The notes below the pieces were generated by a model, which saw nothing but the letters and a program-made list of their open reading frames with translations, was not told where the DNA came from and made no database searches. 64,000 nt of DNA from an uncultured bacterium (GTDB lineage Bacteria > CAYJRR01), in the NCBI GenBank assembly GCA_964372275.1, contig CAYJRR010000007.1, positions 1 to 64,000 of the forward strand, given 5' to 3'. Below are positions 48,030-56,992 of the stretch, in pieces (the first letter of the stretch is position 1; every line of letters begins with the position of its first letter). The translations under genes and the position numbers were made by a program.

Positions 48030-50195
48030 ATGGTCGGCGCGCATTCGATTCGGTGGATCGTTCCGGTGGTGGCTCTGTCGTCGTTCAGCGCGGCGGCGGC
48101 GCCGCTCGTTCCGCCGGTCTACCGGGGCGGGATCGACCTGGCGCCGAACGGGAACGCCTTCTCCCGCAACGTCACCGTCTGGAAGGGGAACGCCTACGTC
48201 TCCGCCGATTCGTTCGACTGCGCAGGCCCGACGCTCTTCGCCGTCGACGTGAGCGACCCGTCCGATCCGGCGTTCGTGGGAAGCTCCGGCAACGGCGGCT
48301 GCAAGGCGAACGCCTCGCTCGCCTTCGAAGACCGCCTCTACCTCGCCTCCTGGTCGACCCTGTTCCGCGCCTTCGACCTCGGCCCGGCGGGGCCCACGGA
48401 GATCGGGTCGTTCGACACGCCGCAGACGTTCGGCTGGTCGGTCGACCTGTTCCGCGACCGCGCCTACGTCTCGCACGGCAACGAGACGAGCTCGGAGCTG
48501 TGGATCCTGGACGTCTCCGATCCGTCGAATCCGGGCGTCCTCTCCACGCTCGCCGCCGACGAACGGTTGATGGGGGCGGCGGCGGTCCGCGGCAGCTACG
48601 CCTTCTACACCAACGACCATCACTTCGAAGTCGCCAACGTCTCGGACGCGGAGAACCCGTCGATCGTCGTCGACCGCGAGTTCCCGCACCGCCTGAGCGG
48701 CGTGCGCCTGCGTGGCGACCTCGCCTTCGTCTGGTGGGAGGATCTGGCCGATCCCGCGTGGGGCGGTTTCCACGTCCTCGACGTCTCCGATCCACTGGAG
48801 CCCGTCGAGGTCGGCGGCTGGTCGGGGGATACCGCGCGCGACTTCGCGCTGCTGGGCGATCTGGCCTTCGTCGCCACGGTCGGCAACGGCGTCGTCGTGG
48901 TCGACGTCTCCGATCCGTCCGCACCGGTGGCGATCGCCCAACCGAACGCCCCGGGCTACGACGTGGGGATCGCGGCGCACGATCGCTTCCTCTACGTCGG
49001 CACCGGGATCGGGAACGCCGAAGGGGGACAGCTGCACGTCTACCAGGTGCTGGACGCCGATCCCGACGACGCCGGTCCCGGGCGCTGGCGCGAATTCGAG
49101 CCGGCGGAGGCTTCCTGGGACCTGCAGTTCCTCGGCGGAACGCTCCCCACCGACGCCGGATGGTCGCTGTCCGAAGGGTCGAACGCCTGGGCGAGCGTCA
49201 CCGGCGATGGCCTGCGCGTGAACGACACCGGCACCGCGCCGGGGAGCAAGGTGAAGTGGGAGCGGAGATGGGACGCGACCCACACCGACGGCGTCACGGT
49301 GCTGGCGCGCGCGCGCTGCGACGCCTACGACCTGGGATCCGGGGCGATCGAGAACCTGGGGAACCTGTTCCTCGAGGACGGCCGCTTCGCCGAGGAGTTC
49401 GCCCTCCTCTCCGACCGGGTGCGCGCGCTGCGCGCCGGGATCGAGGCGCCGATCGACGGCGACCGCTGGCACACCTACCGGATCGTCACCGAAGGATCGA
49501 CCTTCCGGCTGTTCGTCGACGAGTCGCCGTCGCCGCTCCTCGCCGGCCCGCTCTCCTCGCCGACCGATCGGGCACGACTTCGCTTCGGCAGCGGATCGAG
49601 CGCGTCGACGCAGTCGATCACGTTCGCCTTCGTCTTCGCCGACTCGACCGGACCGCATCCGCCGCCGCCCGTCCTCGACGACCCGACGCCCGACGTGCGC
49701 GTGCGCCTGTCGGACCTGGCCGGGAAGGGTTCGATGAGCGGTCTCGATCCCGCCACGGCGCGCGTCGAGTGGACGAACGACGGCGGCGATACGTGGATCT
49801 CGAGCGACGACCGTCCGGTGACGGTCGCGTTCGAGGGGCTCGACGACCGCGGCACGATCGCCGCCCACGACCTGTCGTTCGAGCCGAGCCCTCCGACCGG
49901 GAACCGCGTCCGCTTCTCGATGCGCGACCGGAACGGAAACGTCGGCGTCAGCCCGGAGTACATCGTACGGCTCGAGGCGCCCGACGGGGGCGGCGCCGGT
50001 GACGACGACGATGACGACGGTTCGGGAGCGGACGATCCGGACGGCGGCGGTGACGGCGATGCGGGCGAACGGCGCGGCGGATGCCGGGTCGGCGCGGCGC
50101 GCGACGGTTCCGTTCCGCTCGGCGCCGTCCTCGCCGCGCTCGCGCTCCTGTTGGCCCGTCGTTTCGCCGCCGGCGCGGAACGAACGCCGCGGTGA
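48030..50195 (+). CDS. LVIVD-repeat surface protein with beta-sandwich domain and MYXO-CTERM-like sorting tail
   Basis: Repeated (V/L)DVSDPxxP blades; WHTYRI...LFVD; acidic Gly/Asp linker, then GGCRVG, hydrophobic helix and RR. Confidence 0.8.
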   Translation: MVGAHSIRWIVPVVALSSFSAAAAPLVPPVYRGGIDLAPNGNAFSRNVTVWKGNAYVSADSFDCAGPTLFAVDVSDPSDPAFVGSSGNGGCKANASLAFEDRLYLASWSTLFRAFDLGPAGPTEIGSFDTPQTFGWSVDLFRDRAYVSHGNETSSELWILDVSDPSNPGVLSTLAADERLMGAAAVRGSYAFYTNDHHFEVANVSDAENPSIVVDREFPHRLSGVRLRGDLAFVWWEDLADPAWGGFHVLDVSDPLEPVEVGGWSGDTARDFALLGDLAFVATVGNGVVVVDVSDPSAPVAIAQPNAPGYDVGIAAHDRFLYVGTGIGNAEGGQLHVYQVLDADPDDAGPGRWREFEPAEASWDLQFLGGTLPTDAGWSLSEGSNAWASVTGDGLRVNDTGTAPGSKVKWERRWDATHTDGVTVLARARCDAYDLGSGAIENLGNLFLEDGRFAEEFALLSDRVRALRAGIEAPIDGDRWHTYRIVTEGSTFRLFVDESPSPLLAGPLSSPTDRARLRFGSGSSASTQSITFAFVFADSTGPHPPPPVLDDPTPDVRVRLSDLAGKGSMSGLDPATARVEWTNDGGDTWISSDDRPVTVAFEGLDDRGTIAAHDLSFEPSPPTGNRVRFSMRDRNGNVGVSPEYIVRLEAPDGGGAGDDDDDDGSGADDPDGGGDGDAGERRGGCRVGAARDGSVPLGAVLAALALLLARRFAAGAERTPR

Positions 50196-50314
50196 GGTGC
50201 GTCCCATCCGGACGGCGACGAACCACCTGACGGGTAAAATCCAGACCCTCGCCGCGCCCCAATTTTTCTGAAGTTTCGTTCAGTTGGCGCCTCTCGGGGC
50301 CGGCGCGTCAAAAA

Positions 50315-50396
50315 TAAACTATTGATCTGAAAAAGCTTTCATGGATGATGCGGCCCCCTGGTGAGCGTCTATTCAGTGAGTGGCCCGCCATTTGCT
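50315..50396 (+). promoter_or_regulatory. Sigma-54 promoter with upstream IHF-like site
   Basis: TGGCCC-GCCAT-TTGCT at 50381-50396; gATCAA-TAGT-TTA on the minus strand at 50315-50327 in an AT-rich patch. Confidence 0.6.
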
Positions 50397-50428
50397 GGTC
50401 GACGCGCACGAACCCGGAGGCCACGCGC

Positions 50429-51526
50429 ATGAAGTCTCGAATCGTCCTCGCTCTCGTCGCCGTCGTGGGCGCGCTCGCGACCGGATGCGGCTCGTCCCGG
50501 AGCTCGCACGGATCGAGCAACCCCGATCCGGATCCCACCCCGACGCCGCACCACACGCCGACGCCGACTCCGAACCCGACGCCGAACGGGACGCCGACCC
50601 CGGCCCCGACGCCGCCGCAGGTGACTTACACCGACAAGCTCCACGGAACCGTCCTGGTCGACGGGGTGCCGACCGCCGGCGTCTTCGTCGCGGCATGGGG
50701 ACACAACGACCAGGGCTACTACACCACCACCACCGACAGCCTCGGGATCTACGTCTTCACCGGTCTGCAGCCGACCGTCCTCTACAACGTGACGGCGAAC
50801 GGCCACTACGACGCCGGGCAGTTCTACCGGGTGGACATCCACAAGAGCTACTCGGTGCACGACAACGTGGCGTTGATCGCGGGGCCCGACGGCTGGCACG
50901 GCGAGGACTTCTCGCTCTCGACGCATTTCGCCAACCGGCTCCACGGGACGGTGCTGGTCAACGGCGTTCCCCAGCCGGGCATCGCCGTGTCCGCATGGGG
51001 GAAGGACCACGGCGACTTCCACCAGACGACGACGGACAGCCTCGGGATCTACGAATTCGAAAACCTCCACGACCTGTCGCTCTACAACGTCGTGGTCAAT
51101 GCCCAGTACCAGGTCGGCCAGTACGTCACCCTCGACGAGAAGTACGACTACGAGGTGCGCAACAACGTGCAGCTCGTCGCGGGACCCGATGCCTGGCACG
51201 GCGAGAACTTCGACGTGGCGCTGCTGCTCGCCGACCGTCTCCACGGGACGGTGCACATGGGCGGCGCGGCGATCGGCGGGATGCAGGTGACGGCGTGGGG
51301 CCACGACGGCGGCGACTTCCACCTCACCACCACCGACGGCGCCGGGATCTACGAGTTCCACGGCCTGAACCCCTACTCCCGCTACAACGTGGTGGTGAAC
51401 GGCGACTGGAACGGCGGCGGCTTCGATCCGCACGACGACGCCTACGGATACCGGGTGCGCGACAACGTAGACCTCACCGCCGGCCCCGACGCCTGGCACG
51501 GCGAGGACTTCGACTTCGCCGAGTAG
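50429..51526 (+). CDS. Lipoprotein with three tandem ~98-aa beta-sandwich repeats
   Basis: Lipobox ATGC; PT linker; 3x LHGTV...AWG...TTTD..GIY.F..L...YNV..N...NV.L.AGPD.WHGE.F. Confidence 0.8.
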   Translation: MKSRIVLALVAVVGALATGCGSSRSSHGSSNPDPDPTPTPHHTPTPTPNPTPNGTPTPAPTPPQVTYTDKLHGTVLVDGVPTAGVFVAAWGHNDQGYYTTTTDSLGIYVFTGLQPTVLYNVTANGHYDAGQFYRVDIHKSYSVHDNVALIAGPDGWHGEDFSLSTHFANRLHGTVLVNGVPQPGIAVSAWGKDHGDFHQTTTDSLGIYEFENLHDLSLYNVVVNAQYQVGQYVTLDEKYDYEVRNNVQLVAGPDAWHGENFDVALLLADRLHGTVHMGGAAIGGMQVTAWGHDGGDFHLTTTDGAGIYEFHGLNPYSRYNVVVNGDWNGGGFDPHDDAYGYRVRDNVDLTAGPDAWHGEDFDFAE

Positions 51527-51568
51527 CGGTCCGCGCGTCGCGCACCGTGGGGGACTCCCCCGGTTTCC

Positions 51569-52315
51569 CTAACGCTCGAGGAGGCCGGTGACCGCCATCA
51601 GCCGGTGGTCCGGCCCCTCGACGCTCGGCGTGCTCACGTCGAGGAAGACGACGATCGACCCTTCGACCGGCCGCGCCGGATCGCGCTCCGGAAGGACGTA
51701 GACCTCCTGGACCCGGTAGGCGATCGGGCAGCCGCGCGAGGCGGGGACCGTCCGGTCCGCCTGAAGAACGCGCCGGCGCTTCCGCTTGTGGTCGACGAGC
51801 GTCACCTCCACGCGGAAGAACGGGCCGGTCATCGAGGCGCAGTGGGCGGGGGTGACGGCCGTCTTCCGCAGCGTCACCTCGTAGTCGCGGAAGCGGCCGA
51901 AGGGGACCGGCGCCGTGTCGAAGCGCGCCGACGGGGCCGCGGGTCCGAGGTCGGTGAGCGGACGCGAATAGACGCGCCGGCCGAGTCGGCCCGGCCGGAT
52001 GCCGTGGCTCGCCAGCAGGTCCTGCGCGCGTTCACGACCCGCCCAGCGGGCCTCCTCGGCCTCGCCGCCGGGGAGCGAGAACCGGAGCGCCGTTCCGAGG
52101 TAGGCGTTCGCCGCCACGTCGACCACGTAGAGCTCGGCGAACGCCTCGCCGCTCCCCGCCATCACCCCGAACTGCTGGAAGGCGAAGCGCCGGCCGTCGT
52201 CGGAAAAGCCGATCGGATCGAGCTCGCGCACCGTTCCGGCGGACACCGTCCCGGCCGCGACGGTAAGCAGCAGGATCGCGAGGAGTCCGATCGCCGACGT
52301 CCGCCGCGCGCGCAT
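51569..52315 (-). CDS. DUF2259-like secreted protein
   Basis: Signal peptide; IGFSDDGRRFAFQQFGV..GSG..FAELYVVD and VLQAD..VPASRGCP..Y. Confidence 0.75.
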   Translation of the reverse strand: MRARRTSAIGLLAILLLTVAAGTVSAGTVRELDPIGFSDDGRRFAFQQFGVMAGSGEAFAELYVVDVAANAYLGTALRFSLPGGEAEEARWAGRERAQDLLASHGIRPGRLGRRVYSRPLTDLGPAAPSARFDTAPVPFGRFRDYEVTLRKTAVTPAHCASMTGPFFRVEVTLVDHKRKRRRVLQADRTVPASRGCPIAYRVQEVYVLPERDPARPVEGSIVVFLDVSTPSVEGPDHRLMAVTGLLER

Positions 52316-52498
52316 CGTCGAGGCGCAGCATACCGCGCTGGATTGCCCGTGGGACATCTGGCGCCCGAACGGGGCGGTTTGCTGGTGACAACACAGGCCA
52401 TCGGACCCCCGGCTCACCGGCTGCGACGGGGGCGGTTCGGTGGTCGATCTGCCGAGGGAAATCGAGGCCTTCCGGCGGCGCGCCGGCGTGCGCCCGGA

Positions 52499-52515
52499 TT
52501 GGCAGCCTCCGTGCA
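52499..52515 (+). promoter_or_regulatory. Sigma-54 promoter
   Basis: TTGGCAG-CCTCC-GTGCA with GG-N10-GC spacing, upstream of GTG 52552. Confidence 0.5.
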
Positions 52516-52551
52516 CATCCCCTCCGCGCTCGAACGAAAGGACGAACGACC

Positions 52552-53100
52552 GTGAACAAGATCCGATTCGCCTTCGTGGCCTTCCTCTCCAGCTTCGCGC
52601 TCGTCGTCGCCTGCGGCGGCGTCGACTCCGGCAAGAAGGCGGCGAGCGAGGACGAGGAGGAGACGACCTCCGACGACGACGACGACCTCGGCGAGGAGGA
52701 GGGCGGGGACGACCTTCCGGACGACGACGACGTCCCGCCGCCGGCCGAGCCCGACGACGAGATGGCGAACGCCACCCCGCTCACCGGCACCGGCGCCATC
52801 ACCTTCAGCGGCCAATGCCTCGGCGATGACGACCGCGACTACTTCGCCTTCACCACCGGCGTCGGACAGATCCAGGCGACGCTCACCTGGACGGAAGGAA
52901 CCGGCAACGAAGACGTCGATCTCTACATCTTCAACGACGACTACTCGATCGACGGATACGACATCGCGATCCCGCCGGGCGACAGCCCCGCGGAGGTGAC
53001 GACCCAAGCGGCGGCCGCCGGTCCGGTCTTCCTCGAGGTGAGCTGCTACTTCGTCACCACCCCGAATCTCGCCTACAGCGGAACGCTGACGATCCCCTAG
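52552..53100 (+). CDS. Lipoprotein with acidic linker and pre-peptidase C-terminal (PPC)-like domain
   Basis: Lipobox VVAC; EPDD...A; DRDYFAF; DVDLYIF; YSGTLTI. Confidence 0.7.
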   Translation: MNKIRFAFVAFLSSFALVVACGGVDSGKKAASEDEEETTSDDDDDLGEEEGGDDLPDDDDVPPPAEPDDEMANATPLTGTGAITFSGQCLGDDDRDYFAFTTGVGQIQATLTWTEGTGNEDVDLYIFNDDYSIDGYDIAIPPGDSPAEVTTQAAAAGPVFLEVSCYFVTTPNLAYSGTLTIP

Positions 53101-53756
53101 ATCCGCAGGCCGTCGAGCACGAGCGAGATCAGCGCGTCGGGGACGGCGGCCAGATCGCCGAGGTCGCGGCCGCCCAGCACTTCGAAAAGGAGCTTCTCGA
53201 CGCTGCCGACGACCGACAGCGCGCTCACGCGCGGATCGATCGGCCGGAGCAGGCGGTGGCGGTGCGCGACGTGCGTCAGCTCGATCGCCGCATCCGTCAC
53301 GCGCTCGGCGAGCGCGCAGACCGGCCGGCGATCGCGCGTGGCGGGCGCGCGGGACTCCTGCAGGTAGAGCCGCACCTCGCCGAGCCTCTGGAAGATCGCG
53401 CCGGCGAGCCCCTCCGAAAGCCGGCGGTAGGCGGCGGAGAGGCTCTCCGGGGTCGAGGCCGCGGCCAGATCGCGCGCGCACGCGGCGAAGTGGCGCTCGA
53501 CCTCCGCCGAAACGGGCGCGAACAGCGCCTCGACCAGCGCCGCCTTGTCGTCGAAGTAGCGGTAGAAGCTCCCCTTGGCGATCCCGGCCCGTCGCACGAT
53601 TTCGTCGATCGTCACCCCTTCGATCCCGCGCTCGAGGAACAACGGGAGCGCGGAGTCGAGCAGCTTCCGGGTCTGGAGCCGCCGGTTCTCGAATCGGGTG
53701 CCACCCGGCGCCCCGGGCCGGGCCGGCCGGCTTGTCTTCTTCGTTGACGTGCGCAT
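53097..53756 (-). CDS. TetR/AcrR family transcriptional regulator
   Basis: LFLERGIEGVTIDEIVRRAGIAKGSFYRYFDDK HTH. Confidence 0.92.
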   Translation of the reverse strand: MRTSTKKTSRPARPGAPGGTRFENRRLQTRKLLDSALPLFLERGIEGVTIDEIVRRAGIAKGSFYRYFDDKAALVEALFAPVSAEVERHFAACARDLAAASTPESLSAAYRRLSEGLAGAIFQRLGEVRLYLQESRAPATRDRRPVCALAERVTDAAIELTHVAHRHRLLRPIDPRVSALSVVGSVEKLLFEVLGGRDLGDLAAVPDALISLVLDGLRI

Positions 53757-53765
53757 CGAAATATG

Positions 53766-53779
53766 TGACTACTTGGTCA
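53766..53779. promoter_or_regulatory. Probable TetR operator
   Basis: TGAC-TACTTG-GTCA in the short divergent gap between tetR and the desaturase gene. Confidence 0.55.
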
Positions 53780-53809
53780 TCATTTTGCCCGGAGCGTGCC
53801 GCCGTGTCG

Positions 53810-54394
53810 ATGGCCTCTCAACTGCTGATCCACTTCCCGATCGGGCTCCTCTCGTCCAACGCCGCCGAGTGGGTGATCCACAAGTACGTCCTCCACGGAT
53901 GGGGGAAGCGCCGGAGCAGTTTCTGGAGCTTCCATTGGTACGAACATCACCACAACGCGCGCCGGTTCCAGATGAGCGACCCCGCCTACCAGAGCCACAG
54001 TCTGCTCCGGTGGAACTCCCGAACCAAGGAGGCGGTGGCGTTGCTCCTCCCGGCGGTCTTGATGATCCTCCTCTTTCCGCGGCACCCCGGCTTTGCCGCC
54101 GGAGGGATGGTGAGCATCGTCGCCTACTACGTCTGCCACCGTCGATCGCACGCCCATCCCGACTGGGGCCGGCGGCGCCTGCCGTGGCACGTCGACCATC
54201 ATCTCGGTCCGAACCAGGACGCGAACTGGTGCGTCACCTTTCCGCTGTTCGATTGGATCCTCGGCACGCGCGAACCGTACGTCGGCACCGAGCGTGAACG
54301 CGCCGACCTCGAACGCCGGGACCGCCGGGAGCGGGTCGAGCGTGACGTGCGGCCCGGTCACGGTGTGCGGATCGTGACCTCACCGATCCAATAG
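53810..54394 (+). CDS. Fatty acid hydroxylase/sterol desaturase family membrane di-iron protein
   Basis: His boxes EWVIHKYVLH, HWYEHH, HRRSH and HVDHH; NWCVTFPLFDWILGT. Confidence 0.85.
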   Translation: MASQLLIHFPIGLLSSNAAEWVIHKYVLHGWGKRRSSFWSFHWYEHHHNARRFQMSDPAYQSHSLLRWNSRTKEAVALLLPAVLMILLFPRHPGFAAGGMVSIVAYYVCHRRSHAHPDWGRRRLPWHVDHHLGPNQDANWCVTFPLFDWILGTREPYVGTERERADLERRDRRERVERDVRPGHGVRIVTSPIQ

Positions 54395-54538
54395 TGGCCC
54401 ACAGAGGGCGATCAGTGCGCCACGAGTCACTGTTTTTGTAGATAACTTCCGATTCAAATTAGCTGCGAACAGATGGCGCGCCTCGTGGCAAAATGGGCGA
54501 AGCGTTTCGTACGTGCGCGCTCGAGGGGGGGGCGAACC

Positions 54539-55582
54539 ATGACCGGACGGCGGACACGTTGTGGCATCGGGGCGTTCGTGGCGGTTCTCGGGATCGGATG
54601 CGACGAGCCCCAAGACGATGCGGAGGTGGAGGCCGACGCCGTGGAGTTCGCCGGTTCTGCGTCCGTCGTCTCCGGGGCGGCGTTTTCCGGCTCCTACAAG
54701 ATGTACTGCGTCACGTTCGCCGATCCGCCGGCCGCCATGTTCGACGACCTCGGCGAGGACGGCTCCTTCTCGCTCGAGGTTCCGAGCAACACGTCGTTCG
54801 GTTGCTTCATCAACGACGAGAACAACGTCCCGGCCTGCGTGATCCGGGTCGTCGACGACACCTCGACCGGCCTGTCCGGCGAATCGGCCCAGGCCAACAC
54901 CATCAGCCTGTCGGGCGATGTCGAACTGGAGAGCGAAATCCAGTGCGATCCGGCGAGCGGCGTGGCGACGATCCCGCTGTCGGAGCTGCAGTCGTCGATG
55001 GGGGAGACGACGGAGTTCGATCTCTCCGCGGTGCACGACCGGACGTTCGAAATGGACTGCCTCCAGGCGACCGGGTTCGACCAGGAGGGGGACCTCTGTG
55101 CGATGATCGACGAAACCGGCAACCCGGTCTTCTTCCGGATACTCGAAGGAACCTACGACGGAGATCCGGTGACGGCGATGGGAGTGTGGGGGGCAGAGAC
55201 CGACTTCACCGGATGCGATTCGATCGACGTCGACCCTGTCCGGATGGGTCTCGCCGGGGATCTCGTTCTTTCGCAGGGGAACGAAGGTACCTGGACCTTC
55301 GACGACACCTGCCCCCAAGGCTACGCCGACGAGTCGAGCCGCCTACGTCCGATGGGGCTGTACGCCCTCGAGTTGCTGACCAACGTCGGTGGGATGTGGA
55401 ACATGACCGACACCTACTCCGGCGACTACGAATCGTGCAGCTGGCGCCAGACGATGTCGGTCGCGTTCGGCCCCGGTGACGACCGGTTCGCGATGATCGG
55501 CAACTTCCAGCTCGAGTTCGTCGACACCTGCTCGGACATGAACATGTCCGGGTCGGTCGTGATCGGTTTCTACGAGCCCTGA
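54539..55582 (+). CDS. Hypothetical acidic Cys-containing lipoprotein
   Basis: Lipobox GIGC; high-GC codon usage; AT-rich upstream region. Confidence 0.65.
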   Translation: MTGRRTRCGIGAFVAVLGIGCDEPQDDAEVEADAVEFAGSASVVSGAAFSGSYKMYCVTFADPPAAMFDDLGEDGSFSLEVPSNTSFGCFINDENNVPACVIRVVDDTSTGLSGESAQANTISLSGDVELESEIQCDPASGVATIPLSELQSSMGETTEFDLSAVHDRTFEMDCLQATGFDQEGDLCAMIDETGNPVFFRILEGTYDGDPVTAMGVWGAETDFTGCDSIDVDPVRMGLAGDLVLSQGNEGTWTFDDTCPQGYADESSRLRPMGLYALELLTNVGGMWNMTDTYSGDYESCSWRQTMSVAFGPGDDRFAMIGNFQLEFVDTCSDMNMSGSVVIGFYEP

Positions 55583-55657
55583 AATCCGTACGGGGGATCG
55601 CCCGCGGAGGCTCGACCTCGACCGGTCGCCGTGTTACAGGCGGCCGGAAGAGGCCGC

Positions 55658-56992
55658 ATGGCGCAGGATTCGATCACCACCCTCGAGCCCGGTCTCACGC
55701 TGCAGGAGCTGCGTGAGATCTGGTCGATCCTCGACGTCGAGGAGCGCGCGCACGGCCTGTCGCTGCTGCCGCGCCCCGACGCCGAGGAGCTGTTCCTCGA
55801 GCTGGGTGCGGCGGAGCAGGCGGCCCTGCTGCGCATCTGGTCGCCGGTGGAGCGGCGGTCGTGGATCCGGCTTCTTCCCCCGGACGACGTCGCCGACGTC
55901 CTGCAGGAGGTTCCCCCCGAGGAGCGCGCGCCGCTGCTCGGACTGCTCGACGTTCCCACCCGCAACGAGGTCGCAGGCCTGTTCGCCTACGTGGAGGACC
56001 AGGCCGGCGGCCTGATGAGCACCCGCTTCGCGCGGGTGCGGCCCGACGTGACGGTCGACGAGGCGATCGCCTACCTGCGGAAACAGGCGCGGGAACGGCC
56101 GGAAACGGTCTACTACGCCTACGTCCTGGACGAGGCGCAGCGGCTGCTCGGCGTCGTCTCCCTTTCCGACCTGTTCAACGCCGCGGGGGACAAGCGGGTT
56201 CGCGAGGTCATGACGACCGAGGTGGAGACCGTCTCCGAAGGGGAGGACCAGGAGGAGGTCGCGCGGCGCTTCGCCCGCACCGACCTGATCGCCATCCCCG
56301 TGGTGGACGGCGAACGGCGCGTGAAGGGGATCGTCACCATCGACGACGTCGTCGACGTCGTGCAGGAGGAGGCGACGGAGGACGTCCACAAGTTCGGCGG
56401 CATGGAATCGCTGGAGGAGCCGTACCTCCGGTCGTCGTTCCTCCCGATGATCCGCAAGCGCGGGGGCTGGCTGGCGGCGCTGCTCCTCGGCGAGATGCTG
56501 ACCACCACGGTGATGGCGCGATTCGAGGACGAGATCGCGAAGGCGGTGGTGCTGGCGATGTTCGTGCCGCTGATCATCAGCAGCGGCGGGAACTCCGGCT
56601 CGCAGGCCTCGACGCTGGTGATCCGCGCCATGGCGCTGGCCGAGGTGCGGCTGCGCGACTGGTGGCGCGTGGTGCGGCGGGAGATCGCGTCGGGGCTGGT
56701 GCTCGGCACACTTCTCGGCACGCTCGGCTTCCTGCGGGTCGTCGTCTGGCAGTCGATCTCCCCCATCTACGGCGAGCACTACCTCGGCGTGGCAATCACC
56801 GTCTTCGTCAGCCTGGTGGGCGTGGTGACGATCGGAACGATCTCCGGCTCGATGCTCCCCTTCGTGCTCAAGCGCCTCGGCTTCGACCCCGCGAGCGCCT
56901 CCGCCCCGTTCGTCGCCACGCTGGTCGACGTCTCCGGGCTCGTCATCTACTTCACCGTCGCCTCCGCGATCCTGGCCGGTAGCCTCCTGTGA
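55658..56992 (+). CDS. mgtE: Magnesium transporter MgtE
   Basis: AGGLMS, CBS pair, GIVTIDDVVDV.QEEATED, PLIISSGGNSGSQ and DPASASAPFVATLVD. Confidence 0.95.
   Translation: MAQDSITTLEPGLTLQELREIWSILDVEERAHGLSLLPRPDAEELFLELGAAEQAALLRIWSPVERRSWIRLLPPDDVADVLQEVPPEERAPLLGLLDVPTRNEVAGLFAYVEDQAGGLMSTRFARVRPDVTVDEAIAYLRKQARERPETVYYAYVLDEAQRLLGVVSLSDLFNAAGDKRVREVMTTEVETVSEGEDQEEVARRFARTDLIAIPVVDGERRVKGIVTIDDVVDVVQEEATEDVHKFGGMESLEEPYLRSSFLPMIRKRGGWLAALLLGEMLTTTVMARFEDEIAKAVVLAMFVPLIISSGGNSGSQASTLVIRAMALAEVRLRDWWRVVRREIASGLVLGTLLGTLGFLRVVVWQSISPIYGEHYLGVAITVFVSLVGVVTIGTISGSMLPFVLKRLGFDPASASAPFVATLVDVSGLVIYFTVASAILAGSLL

Noticed and set aside
54474-54490. Sigma-54-like TGGCGCG...TGGCA upstream of the 54539 gene (similar near-miss upstream of pfaD-A)
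   Set aside because: Spacing is GG-N11-GC, not the required N10.
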